From Octopus sinensis (lineage: Eukaryota), in NCBI RefSeq assembly GCF_006345805.1, contig NC_043002.1, positions 92,938,001-93,002,000 on the forward strand: a DNA stretch of 64,000 nt, given 5' to 3'. The translations under genes were made by a program, and so were the position numbers. Below are positions 37,390 to 49,896 of this stretch, one piece after another. Position 1 is the first letter of the stretch, and every line of letters begins with the position of its first letter. The notes beneath the pieces are model-generated. The model saw only the letters and a program-made list of their open reading frames with translations, did not search any database and was not told the DNA's origin.

Positions 37390-37585
37390 AGTCGGAGACA
37401 AGAAACAGGAAGCAAGAGTAAGAGAAAGTTGGAGTGAAAGAGTACAACAGGGGTCGCCACCACCCCCTGCCGGAGCCTCGTGGAGCTGCTCAATAAACAC
37501 ACACAACGCCCGGTCTGGGAATCGAAACCGCGATCCTCCGATTGCGAGTCTGCTACTCTAACCACTGGGCCATTGTGCCTCCACT
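37240..37585 (-). mobile_element. SINE family B variant with a distinct tail
   Basis: Same head; its tail is copied in inverted orientation at ~35936-36030. Confidence 0.75.
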
Positions 37586-37969
37586 TGCTACTGCTACCAC
37601 CAGCACCACCACTACTGCACCTGCTGCTTTATTAAACAATAAAACAGAGTAGTAGTGGTAGTAGTAGTAGTGTAGCCCCAGGTCAACCCTGGTTGAGCAG
37701 ACCTACAATCAAAAGAGGTTACTGTAATGATCATCAGCCTTCTCCCATCCATTCCATATCTAGGACCTAAGGCTACATTACATAGTATGTCCTTCCTTTT
37801 TCAAAATGGTTGAGAGTAATTTGAAAAAGACTGACTGCTATTTCTACCATGTCAAGCAGCCATGTAAAGGTACATTTACATGGCTGTGACAGAGTAATTA
37901 TTTTACAATCATTTTGCTTGTATTAGCAGAGATTCCTACTTGTTACCTACCTAAACGACATAGTAATTA

Positions 37970-38359
37970 CTAGCAGTATCGCCCGGCATTGCTCGGGTTT
38001 GTTTCGACCCTTTAGAATTGAAATTTTTGAAAAGTAAAACTTCTGCAATATGTAGCTTGCTATTCTCTTTAAGTGAACATTTTTCTGGTTGAAATACACC
38101 GAAAAATGGCGACACAGCAGTCAAAAAATCGTAAAAAATAGGGATTTTCATAGAAAAAAAAGCACCTTTTTGATGAAAATAATTTTTGGTGTTAACATGG
38201 TCCGATTTGATTTTATCTTCCACAGAAGGAAGAGCAAGCCTTCTTCTATCATACTCTCAATTTTGGTCAACTTGCGCCGCAGGGTCTCGGGGGAGATAGT
38301 GCTAGTTGAAGGCTACCAAACCTGCCACACACAGACAACTTCAGCTTTATATATATAGA
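37970..38359 (-). mobile_element. Non-autonomous Helitron
   Basis: 5' TCTATATATATAAAG, 3' CCCGAGCAATGCCGGGCGATACTGCTAG with GC hairpin before CTAG, inserted between A and T, no TSD. Confidence 0.88.
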
Positions 38360-40192
38360 TTTACGGCTACATTATATAATGTATCATTCCTTTTCCAAAA
38401 TGGTCATAATTTGATAGAGCGTTGAGTGTTATTTCTAGCAGGTCAAGCAGCCTTGTAAATGTACCCTTGTTGGCTTGTGACAGATAAATTATTTTAAGAC
38501 CACTGAAGTTTGTGCTAGCAGAGATTCCTGCTTGTTACCTAACTTAATGACATAGTAATTAATTAATTTAGGTGGTGTAACAGACAGGAAATTATACCAA
38601 GACAAACAACAATATATATTGTCTTCATATTATCAACAACCATGGAAAGCATGTGATGTGTTTCTCAAAAACACAATGCTTGTCCAAAATCGCCCAATGA
38701 TAACACCTTTCACTCATGACACACCTGTTCACATGACTACAGTATTTCAACAGGTGTTAATGGTAGTGTTAGTGTGAAAGTATAATTAAAGTGGTGAGCT
38801 GGCAGAATTGGTAGCATGATAGGCAAAATGCTTAGTGACATTTCATCCATCCTTACATTCTGAGTTCAAATTTTGCTGAGGTCAGCTTTGCCTTTCATCC
38901 TTTCAGGGTTGATAAAATAAGTACCAGCTGAGCACTGGGGTCGATGTAATCGACTAACCTTCCTCCTCCAAAATTGATGGTCTTGTGCCAAAATTTGAAA
39001 TCAATGTTCTACATTCAAGGGCAGTGAGCTGGCAGAATCATTACCATGCTAGGTAAAATGCTTAGCAGCATTTCATCTGTCCTTATTTTCTGAGTTCAAA
39101 TTCTGCCAAGGTCAACTTTGCCTTTCATCCTTTCAAGGTTGATAAAATAAGTACCAGTTGAGCACTGGGGTCAATGTAATTGACTTACCCACTCACCCAA
39201 AATTGCTGGCTTTGAGCCAGAATTTGAAGCCAATATGTCATAGCATAATTGAAACTCTCAATAATGATAATCCTTGCTTTTGTTTAGGATAAAAAAGGAT
39301 TAAGCTCCTTCCCAAGTCATATTGACTCAGGCCCAGTTTCCCCAGTTTCCTTGGCACATACATTTCCCCACTGGACAGGACACCAGTCTCCTACAAGATT
39401 ACACATTTTTGCCAGTTGAGTGGACTAGAGCAATGTGAAATGAAGTGTTTTGCTCAAGAACACAACGCATCATTCGATCCAGGAATCGAAACTACAATCT
39501 TACAATCATGAGTTCAACACCCTAACCACTAAGCCACAAACCTCCAGTTTTGTTTAGTCCCAGGTTAATCCTGATCCAGCAGATCTTATAACCAAAGGTA
39601 TTATCAAGTTTACCATATAGGAATGTTAGTGGCGGTGCATAGCTTAGTAGTTAGGGGGTTAGACTCATGATTGTAAGATTGTGGTTTTGATAAGGCAACA
39701 CATTGTTCTTGAGCAAAACACTTCATTTCATGTTGTTCAAGTCCACTCAGCTGGTAAAAATGAGTAATCCTGCAATGGACTGGCATCCCATCCAGGTGGT
39801 GAATTTATATGCCATGGAAACCAAGAAACTGGTCTTTGTGAGTTGGTATGACTTGAGAAGGTACGAATTGAGACTTCTTTATTAACAGTGAAAGGATAAA
39901 AACAAGATTGGATTCAGTGTGATTTGAACTCATCAGATAGTTAGAACAATAGCTGCACAGCATTTTGTCCAGTGCTCTAATGATTCTGTTAGTTTACTGA
40001 CACTGAGAAGGTTGAACAATGAACCTGGAGCTAAACAACAATAACAACTTTTACTCATTATGAATCCACCTCTGGCTGATATTTCTGACATATTTGCGCC
40101 ATCCTTAATTTCCAAATTTAAACTTCAGCTCTTGCCATAAGCAAAGCCACCACTTGCCCCAAAGCCTTGTTACACATCTATGTATGTGTGCG

Positions 40193-40224
<32 letters not shown>

Positions 40225-40330
40225 TAATATAAATAACATATAAATATATGAATATATACATACATATATGTATGTGTACATGCATATATTTATATTATTA
40301 TATGATCGAATGCCACGCATCCATTTCCAA

Positions 40331-40385
<55 letters not shown>

Positions 40386-40575
40386 TATATATATATATGA
40401 GTCACTTTAACAGCAAATACTCTGTCATAAAGACACATACCGCAGAGTTTTGTGATGGCAAAAGAAATAGCTGAAACTAGGACACATGATCAACAATGAA
40501 ACATATAATTTAACCTGTGACAGTTTGGTAGAGAAATAACGATGGTCTGGTCAACCATTATTATTATCATTATCA

Positions 40576-40627
<52 letters not shown>

Positions 40628-40897
40628 CATTATTATTATCATTATTAAGCTAAGGGCTATGGTGCTGTCAGAGCCAGTTGATGAAACTACCACAATTGCC
40701 TAAGGTAATGTCACTTATTAGAGAGTATTCTGACATGTAATCTTGCTGAATTCAGGTTAGGATTTGGGTGAACTAATGAGGAATATACACCTTATAGCCA
40801 TAATTCTACTAACTTTATATTTCCTAATACTGACAGGTAACAAGTAAAAGACAAAAGTCTAGAGGAATTTTTCTTTCACTTAACCTAATGTCTAGAT

Positions 40898-41445
40898 CAG
40901 TGGTCCTCAACTGGGGTCTATATAAAATTTGTGGGGAGGCCCACATAACAAACTAGTAAATTGGAGAACCACAATAGTATTTTAAGGGCCCCTTGAAAAA
41001 AAATTTGCTTTAGATGTATGTATTGGTATGTTTCTTTCTCCAACATTATACATAGTTCAATATTTTACAATATTTTGTAAATGTAAGGGTGAAAAACAAA
41101 ATAGGAATTTTGAAAGAATTATCTATAAAACTAGTTTTTAACCCTTTAGTGTTCAGATTATTCTATCAAACATAATGCTTATTGATTCCCATTGATTTGA
41201 ATTAATCATGCATTATCTCATATCTTCAAGTTCTTGATGGTGTAATTACTTCATGTAGAATAACATTGTAGGGTAGGTGTGAGAGCCTGGATCTGGTCAG
41301 TTTGAACATAAAACAGATTAACTATTTTGGCCGGATATGGCCGGTTTAAATACTAAAGGGTTAAACATCAAATGGCTATTGGGGTTCACCAGAATAAAAT
41401 AGTAATCAAAGGGGTCCATATTTAAAAAATGGTTGAGTACCCCTG
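40898..41445. mobile_element. hAT (Charlie-like) MITE with nested piggyBac MITE
   Basis: CAGTGG..CCCCTG ends; 8-bp TSD gtctagat/gtttagat. A truncated copy at 60784-60897 is cut by a Helitron. Confidence 0.85.
41142..41360. mobile_element. piggyBac-type MITE family F nested in a hAT MITE
   Basis: TTAA TSD and intact TIRs. Confidence 0.9.
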
Positions 41446-41469
41446 GTTTAGATCAATCATGAGCAAACT

Positions 41470-42670
41470 GCAACCCATAGGACTGGCAGGATTTGAACTC
41501 AGAAGGTAAAGAGCAAGAAAAAATTCCATGAAGCATTTTTACCAACACTCTAAACAGTCCTATGAGCTGATCACCTTAAATGGTTTCTATTTAAGCTTCA
41601 AGCTAGTAATTTTGAAGGGCAGAGATTAGTTGATTACACTGACCTGGTTCTTAACTGGTGCTTGATTTTATTCACCTTGAAAAAGTGAAAGGCAAAATTG
41701 ACCCTTTATCTTTGATCTCAGAATTTAAAGTGATGGAACAGAAATTGTAAGGCTTTTTTTTTTTTCTGGTGCTCTAACAAATCAACAGGCTGACTGAAAA
41801 TGGTTTCTGATTTTGGATCAAGGTCAGCAATTTTTAGGGCAATGGGGGGAGCGGAGTTCATTACATCAACCCCAGTATTGGACTGGTACTTTTATTATAC
41901 TGACTCTGTTCAGATGAAAGGCAACTGCAGCTTCAGTGAATTTTGAACTCAGGATGTAAGGAACCAGAAAAAATACTACAAGATATTTTTTCCAACATAC
42001 TAACAACTCTGCCAGCTCACCAATCACTACTACTACTGCTACTACAAAATGATAATAAAATTAATAATCCTTTGTACTAAAGGCACAAGGTCTGAAATTT
42101 GGGGGTAGGGGAGTGGTCTAATACATCAACCCCAATGATTCACTGGTACTTAATTTATCAACCCTGACACAATGGAAAGCAAAGTCAACCTAGGTAAAAT
42201 TTGAACTCAGAATGTAAAGACAGATGAAATGCCATTAGGTTTTTTGCCCACCGTGCTGACCATTCTCCCAGCTCACCACCTTAATAATAACAAGAGCACT
42301 CAGAGAGTGCAAACCTCCGCCAAGGTAACGCCAATGTTCTCTCAACAATCAGCCAAAGATGACTTTTAAAATAAGAATATCTGAAATAAACTCAACCTCT
42401 CTCACAAACAAGAATACTAAAAATGAACCCAACTGCTCTCAAAAATTAAGTAAAAAAAAAACAGGAAAAAATAATCCAGAATCCTTGTCAGGTACCAGAT
42501 CGATCTCAAAATCTAATCAATTCATGCTAGTCATGAGGCCAAATATCCCTGAAAGTTTCATCCGAACACATCCAGCAGTTCTTGAGATATCTTATCCATG
42601 GGCAAACAAACAAACACAACTGAAAACAATACTTCCGCCTTCACTGAGGTGGAGAATAATAATAATAATA

Positions 42671-42711
<41 letters not shown>

Positions 42712-43400
42712 GTTTCAAATTTTAGCACAAAGCCAGAGATTTCAGGGAAGTGGCTAAGTCAAATACATCGATCCCAGTAATTAACTGGTACTTATTAGCT
42801 ATTATTAGGGACAGCTACAATACTTAGGAGGGTTCTTGGCATCTAAGGTTGCTTGTTCTAGCCCCATGTTAGGAATTTTTCTTTTCCAACAGTCTAATCT
42901 GTTGTGTGTATATGAATAATAATGGTTTCAAATTTTGTCACAATGCCAGCAATTTCAAGGGAGACCAATTGGTACTTATTTTATTGACAAAGTCAACCTT
43001 GGCGGAATTTGAACTCAGAACATAAGGATGGACAAAATGCTGCTAAGTATTTTGCCTGGCATGCTAAGAGTTCTACCTGTCACCAGGGTAAAGGATGAGG
43101 GAAGCAACATAAAGTGTTGGGGTTTACATACAAAGAAATGATAAAAAAGAAGTCTAATAATAATAATAATAATAATGATAATTTCTGATATAAGCACAAA
43201 GCCAGGAATTTTGAGGACAAGAGGGTTCAGTCAACACCACCAGCACTTCACTAGTACTTTATTTTATTGATCCTATAAAGGATGAACTGCAAAATTAACC
43301 TCAGCAGGATTTGAACCAGAATGCAATGAGTTTGAACAAATGTTGCTAAGCATCTCATCCAACTCTCTAACAATTCAGCCAGCTTGCCCCCTTTTAATAG
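41470..43400 (-). mobile_element. Cluster of at least six older SINE C copies, same orientation
   Basis: Repeated ggtacttattttatc...gtcaacct...gaatttgaactcag blocks separated by (AAT)n. Further eroded copies at ~5515-5945, 7455-7865, 15295-15510, 16000-16185, 17480-17725, 31770-31930, 32780-32980, 38790-39235 and 55480-55615. Confidence 0.75.
42289..42656. mobile_element. Helentron/HINE-like non-autonomous element
   Basis: Subterminal cctccgcc and terminal hairpin ttccgcct/aggtggag; sits in (AAT)n; internal (CAAA)n. Confidence 0.5.
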
Positions 43401-43546
43401 TTTCTGATTTAGGCACAGTTGATTTTAGGAAAGACACCCCACCCCACCCACCCCAGTACTTGACAAGTACGTTATTTTATCAACCCTAAATTGAACCCAA
43501 AAAACCCAGAAGAAACACTGCAAGATATTTTTTTTCAGATGCTCAT

Positions 43547-43714
43547 AGGCGCAGGAGTGGCTGTGTAGTAAGTAGCTTGCTAACCAACCACATGGTTCCG
43601 GGTTCAGTCCCACTGCGTGGCATCTTGGGCAAGTGTCTTCTGCTATAGCCCGGGCCGACCAATGCCTTGTGAGTGGATTTGGTAGACGGAAACTGAAAGA
43701 AACCCGTCGTATAA

Positions 43715-43754
<40 letters not shown>

Positions 43755-43980
43755 ATGTGTGTGTGTGTTTGTGTGTCTGTGTTTGTCCCCCTAGCATTGC
43801 CTGACAACCGATGCTGGTGTGTTTCCCTCCCCGTCACTTAGCGGTTCGGCAAAAGAGACCGATAGAATAAGTACTGGGCTTACAAAGAATAAGTTCCAGG
43901 GTCGATTTGCTCGACTAAAGGCGGTGCTCCAGCATGGCCGCAGTCAAATGACTGAAACAAGTAAAAGAGAAAAGAGAAAG
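43547..43980 (+). mobile_element. SINE family A
   Basis: Full-length copy. Head-only or eroded copies also occur at ~2455-2615, 25655-25823, 36965-37090, 52860-53010 and 60675-60780. Confidence 0.9.
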
Positions 43981-44434
43981 AGAATTCTGCCAACTTGCCT
44001 CTTTTATAATGATTTCTGATTAAAGCTCAAGGCCAACAATTTGAGGGGAGGGGGATAAGTTGAGACCATCAACTCCAGTATTTAACTGGTACTTCAGATG
44101 AGATGACAAAGGAACAAGATACCTGGCACCTTGTTGTACTCAAGAAGACCTGTCCTCCACAGCAGAAGTGTTAAGGCTGCATCCCCTGGTGAAGAAGATC
44201 GGCTTGCAAGAGTCCAGTGCCACATAAAAAGCATTCATGCTGGTAGCACGTAAAAGCACTCTCATGCTAGTGACATGTTAAAAGCACCCAGCACACTGTA
44301 AAGTGGTTGGCATTAGGAAGGGCATCCACCCATAGAAACCAAGCCAAATCAGACAAGAACTTGGTGCAGCTCTCCAGCTTGCCAGCTCTGGTTAAACCAT
44401 CAAACCCATGCCTGCATGGAAAACGGGCGTTAAA

Positions 44435-44502
44435 GGAGGAGGAGGAGCAGCAGGAGCAGGAGGAGGATGATGATTGTTGATGATGATGATGATAATGGAT
44501 GA

Positions 44503-44549
<47 letters not shown>

Positions 44550-44600
44550 TGATGAAGAAGAAGAAGAAGAAGAAGAAGAAGAAGAAGAAGAAGAAGAAGA
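44435..44600. repeat. Compound (GAG)(GAT)(GAA) microsatellite
   Basis: Direct reading. Many shorter (TA)n, (ATT)n, (CA)n and (CAT)n tracts occur throughout the window. Confidence 0.95.
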
Positions 44601-47142
44601 AAAGGATGAAAGGCTAAGTTGACTGCAGCAGACTTTGATCTCAGAAAAGGGTCAAAAGAAATACCACAGGACAGACATTAGTAATTAATAAGTATTTCCT
44701 AATCATAAAAGATTTCAGTAATGAACTATGTCACACGTCTTTACAAATGTGAAAATTATTTGAGGGAGGAATTTAAGATGGGCGGAGAAGGAAATTAAAC
44801 ATGGACAGAAATAGATGGTGATGTAGACGGGGAAGAGAGGAACGTGATGGACATTTGAGGTGAAGGAGAAATAGAAGAAACTAAGGAGGGAGTACGACAG
44901 AGAGTAAGAGAGGGAGATGGGAAAAGACTAAGGAAATGAAAAGAAAAAGAGAAGGGAATGTAAGAAAGAAACGGGAGACCGAAAGGAGGAGGAGGAGAAA
45001 TAGGAAGAAATGGAAGAGACAGGGTGGATGTGAAGGAGAAGGAGAAGACGAGGAGAATAAGACAAACGACATGTGACAGGAAAGATAGAGAGAATACTAA
45101 GGACAAAAATGTTTAGGAGGGGAATGTTTAGGAGACTTATTGTGAAGGAATAAATAGTAAAAGGTGATTGAAACGATGGAGAGAGCCGTGGGAGGGAGAT
45201 GTGCGCAAACAAGTTGCTTTGATATCCATTCCTTACAATTTTCGGCAATAAATTTGAAAATTATAGGGGTAATGTTAGATGTCCAAATGAGTAAGTACAA
45301 CCCCTCCTAATAGGAAAACTAGGAAGTGGAGGTCAAAAGGCGCACATCAAGACGCGAATAGAATTATAATAGAAGAAAAGTGTTGCTAATCAAGCTACGT
45401 AAAAGAAATTTACTAGAAAGTTATATAAGTATATAATAAATGTAAAAATTGAATTCAGTCATATTTTTAACGTGTTTAAAAGCAAAACTCCATTCTTTTA
45501 ATCTTTTTTTTTTTTTTTTTTTTGTTAGTGGTTTAATCATAGGACTGCTGCCATGCTGGTGCACTACCTTAATTTATTTTCATTCAGGTTTGTTGTTGCT
45601 TCGTGGCTGGAAGCTGGTCTGTGATTGAGATTGCAACAGCTGATCTTCCTTGAGTGTATCTTTGAATGATTGGCTGGTCCGGTATCGTCGTTAGGAATTT
45701 ATGCTTTTTTTTTTTTTTTTTTTTGCTTTTTTTAATGCTTCAGTTAAGGTCCGTCCCTTTTATATTTCTGATTTCCTTAGGTAAGCAGTTGAACAACTGA
45801 GGACGTCTAAATATCTAACTGATACAATAGGGTATTGTATCAGTTCGTGCATTAATTCTATATAAGGCCGAAGTTTGGAACAAGCCCCTCCAGGATTTTC
45901 CATACGTATATGACAATCTCTCTCTCTCTCTCTTTCAAATGTGTGTTTGTCTACATATTAAACTTTTCTACTTCTTGGAAGTTTCCGATAATTTTCAAGA
46001 ACACTGCAGTGTCGTTGAAAAACGCCATAAAATGCGTCATTGAGGTAAGTTCTACATCGTGCACTGGACAGAATAGGGATGCTAGCATTGGGGGATTAAG
46101 ATGTGCGGATAGACAGTGCTGCATTATTTATTCATAAACCTGTCCCAACACATCATCACAAAGATGATGATGATGATGATGATTATGGTGGCCTTGATGG
46201 TAGTGATGACGGGGGAGTGGATGATGAATACAGCGACGTTGAGTATAATTAGATATAAACAATATTATTTTTCTGAAAGTACTTTTTTTAATTGATCAGA
46301 AACAATTTCAGTTTGAAGAAATTCCAAAATAAATTTCTTCAAACTGAAAGGACTGCCCGCAAAAAAATGTCAAATCACTTTATCTTAAGTAATTTTTTTA
46401 AGAACAAATTTTTAGACAAGAGGCACAAATTTAGGAGGTGAGTTACTGATGATAAAGTTCTTCGTCTTATATTATAATTCCATTCATCTCTAAGATGCTT
46501 TACAGAAATAATTAAATCGATTCCAGTACTTGACTGGACCTTAATTTTAATTAGGCTTTAGGCCCTCAATTACTGAGGTTGTAGGGATGTCATCGTAATA
46601 TAAGGCGTGTCTTGAGTATTTTTCTTTTTTAACTTGCCAGACCTATCCCTCTCCAGATGCGACCATAGCCGATTTGTTCCTGAGGGAGACAGAACCACCC
46701 TGAAAGATGAACTGTATTTTATCAAACCCCCAGAGGAATGAGTTGATGATGACAATAACAACAACGACAACGATGATGGTGGTGAGGATGATGATGATGA
46801 TGATGATGACCACCACCACCGCCACCACCACGGCGGCGGTGAATGATGATTATGGTGAAAACGACGATAATGAACGATATTTCATAATTGACAAGAAAAA
46901 TACCAGTAGGTACTATAAAAGAAACGAGCTGTCCAAATCAGTCACTTCTGAAAATATCCGGGTAAGATCCTGTAATCGGAGAATGTAAAGTTGATGATGG
47001 TTAGAAACGAGTCGGGCATCATCACAACAAATAATTCATACAGTTAAAAATCAAATTACATCATTGAATCTAGAGTGAAACTGAGAGATAAAATTAAACT
47101 TACAACAGCGTAGACAGCATAGATTCCAATCGAAAAACTTAC

Positions 47143-47230
47143 TTGTAATTTAAACTTGTTAACTTCTTTCTACAGTGTTAACAGATTCCACCCGACTTGT
47201 GATGTGTGTGTATCGCTTCGCAACGAGCTG
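47143..47230 (-). other. RAB34: Probable non-coding first exon of the RAB34/36 gene
   Basis: Consensus donor (AA|gtaagt) at 47137-47142 on the minus strand in non-repetitive CpG-rich DNA next to the RPL23A start. The 5' boundary is a guess. Confidence 0.45.
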
Positions 47231-47353
47231 ACCTCAATTTTCTCTTACGACCCCTGACCTTTGACACGGAAGCGGAAATATTTCTCATGACACGGTACTC
47301 CGTGTTCTTTTACGTGTCAACCCCGATTTCACTAATCTGTCTCTTACACCAAG
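47231..47353. promoter_or_regulatory. Compact bidirectional promoter region between RAB34/36 and RPL23A
   Basis: CpG-rich. Tandem ETS-like acGGAAgcGGAAat at 47266-47279, TGACCTTTGAC at 47255-47265, pyrimidine tracts before the ATG, and YY1-like CAAGATGGC overlapping the RPL23A start codon (common in ribosomal protein genes). Confidence 0.6.
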
Positions 47354-47408
47354 ATGGCTCCCAAGAAGAAGGTTTCATCGAGCAAAGGAGGAAAATCTTC
47401 CTCTAAAA
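47354..47408 (+). CDS. RPL23A: 60S ribosomal protein L23a (uL23) exon 1 (MAPKKKVSSSKGGKSSSK)
   Basis: MAPK start typical of RPL23A. Donor gttagt at 47409, phase 1, in frame with exon 2. Confidence 0.88.
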
Positions 47409-47944
47409 GTTAGTTTTACCTTTCATTTTCACACCAATTTCTTTCTTATTTTCCTCTAAACCTTCTCAACTATGAATATTGTTATTGCATGTATGTCTAA
47501 ATCACCCATTACGTTAGTTAAATTACCTTAATGATAGCACCATGCTGCGGTTTAAACCACATGGTCGGACGAGCTACGTTTTTTTTAGTTTTACAAAAGT
47601 AAAGGCTAAACCAAGTATTTTAAATTTTACACTATAAATATCTGTTGTGTACAGTAACGTAAATGTTTAAAACGATTAACTAGATTCTTTTAAATAATAT
47701 AATCTAAATTAAACGTCAGGGGGAATTTGCTGTAATAGAAAGCTTGTTTATTGCAATAACGACACGATTCAATCATGAAATGGTGAGAATTGGTGATAAA
47801 TTGGTATGTTTCTAAAAATTCAAATTCCAAGGGATATATTAACGTAATCCTTTAACTTTTTATTTTCGGTGGTAAATTTTCAATGTATTTTTAATTAGCC
47901 TTTTTTATTCTTTGTTAATAATTCAGTTATTTCAATGAGTTTTA

Positions 47945-48038
47945 GGCGGAGGTAAAGAATACGTACACCACTCGTTTTCGGCGTAACAAAAATACCCTAA
48001 CCCTTAAATACTGGATGTATGTATTCTTTACTTTCGCC
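47945..48038. mobile_element. 94-bp GG-terminal mini-MITE with internal CCCTAACCCT
   Basis: ~26-bp imperfect TIRs (ggcggaggtaaagaatacgtaca / tgtatgtattctttactttcgcc); TSD unclear. Confidence 0.6.
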
Positions 48039-48103
48039 GATCTTTTTTTTCTCCTTACCGTTTTAATATGAACGAGTTTATTTATTTACCCAGTGTTTTT
48101 AAT

Positions 48104-48297
48104 GGTACTACTTTAGAAGAGTGGTCCCAGCGCGCTTACTCGCGCAAGCTACTCGTGACTAGTCAATCCTCTGTTTTAAAGAATTATTTACTTAGTGTTT
48201 TTGTGTTTTATTTACTTTGCTAGGTAGTCGTGGGATCGACTAGTCAGACTAACTTGCGCGAGTGCGCGCACCGGGACCGTTTTTCTTAAGTAGTACC
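48104..48297. mobile_element. GG-terminal foldback MITE in RPL23A intron 1
   Basis: ~66-bp imperfect TIRs (GGTACTAC...GTAGTACC) and perfect 9-bp TSD gtttttaat (48095-103 and 48298-306). Confidence 0.88.
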
Positions 48298-49060
48298 GTT
48301 TTTAATTACTAATTCCTTGTTTTAACGTAACGTTAATTAAGTACTGGAATTTCTGGTATTCAAAAAGGTTAAATTTTAAAGATCATGCTCTCATTTACAT
48401 TATATTTTAAATTGTCAACAATTCATTGGCCAACTACCATGTTGGAGCACTTATCTATTACTCTGATCGAGATAATTTTAGTTGCATGTACATTTTTTAC
48501 ACGTGGCATATTTAATTCATCGTTAATAATATGTAGCTTTTGTTTCCCCGGCGTCAGGCGGATGATCAAGTTCGATACTATACTGGGTCCAACATAGTTT
48601 CTAAAGTATAATTGTGATTTTCCGATTTGTGTTGAATTGTGGTATCTCATACTCCGTTACCCGAAAAAGTACTTGACGTTCCGGTTGGTTATTACGCATG
48701 CGTTGAAAATATGCAAATAAAGTGAGTGTTTGGCGCCAGGGCATCCCCGACCGGTCAGTTTTGCTTACGCGGTGTCAGTCCCAATTTTTATCCCGCATAT
48801 TCGTTCCTAGCAAAAGCGAAACAAGATTAATTGGACGATGCGGACATCATTTAATTCATCGACTCCTGACCACTTAACTGTATTCACTTTGACAAGATTC
48901 TTTTCGTTTATATGCATATACAAGGTTGATTTTTTTAAAAGGGTAGAGTTTCGGAATAGCTATTCTTCGTGGAAAGGGTAGATCGGGGTTTTTTTCCCCA
49001 CACAGGTGTTTCGATTCTTACTCGTCATTTCTGTATCCCATTTCTTTCCCCACTAGGTAT

Positions 49061-49498
49061 GGGCTCTCTTGTCTGCTGCTGTGCTCATTAACCTCTTTTA
49101 CCCTAAATTGAGGTGTTCATCCAAGGTGCTCCCCCATGTTGGCCAGTCAGCTGCTTGGCTTTCCCAGGACTCTACATTGATAAAGGCCTTCAAATCTCAT
49201 TTTACAACATCCTCGTATGAAGCCGAGGACGACCGGTGGCTCTTCCAGATGCCAGCTCCCCATAGAAAATTTCCTTAGAGATGCGGTGGTCGTGTCCTAG
49301 CCAGTGCATTGTCGAAGCAGGGTGAACATGCTGGGAAGGCCTGCTTGATTCAGGACCGAGCGCAGTAACTCCAACAACTAAGATCGTATACAAATGTGAT
49401 CTATGTGACGGAGACTATCACTCACATTTAGGTCTGTTTAGCTACAGAGACGGTGCTCCAGCTGAGCTGAAAAGGATGCTACCCATGGTCGGCTCTGA
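49061..49498. mobile_element. BovB-like RTE 3' fragment with inverted 5' part, in RPL23A intron 1
   Basis: 49061-49357 reads on minus as VLNQAGLPSMFTLL..WLGH..FYGELASG..GRPRL..AADKRA. 49358-49498 reads on plus as ERSNSN..YKCDLCDGDYHSHLGLFSY plus the ccatggtc tail. Possible TSD taggtat. Confidence 0.8.
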
Positions 49499-49607
49499 TA
49501 GGTATAGGGATTCGAGTGAGCTATCCCAAAGCTTTCACTTGCAGTCATAGTAACCCGTAAATTTGTATAATGGAGGAGTCTAAAATAGTTACATTTTTGT
49601 TTTGCAG

Positions 49608-49896
49608 CTACCAAAAAACCAGAAAAGAAAAGAGAACCACGCGTCCGTAGACGGCCTACCGCTATTAGCAAAGCCAGGTCAAAGGCTGTGAAGGCAAAGA
49701 AGGCCGTTTTGAAAGGTATTCAAGCAAAGAAAGCTATTGTTAAGGGACTTCAAGCAAAGAGAGCAGTCTTAAAAGGTATTCATCCCAGGAAAACCAAGAA
49801 GATACACACAAGTGTGAAGTTCAGGAGACCACGTACTCTTCGATTGCCGAGGGACCCGAAATATCCCAGGAAAAGCACTGGCACACGTGAAGATAA
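49608..49896 (+). CDS. RPL23A: RPL23A exon 2, L23eN region with a triplicated AKKAVLKG motif
   Basis: ttttgcag acceptor and gtaagt donor. Encodes [27 protein letters not shown]. Confidence 0.97.
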
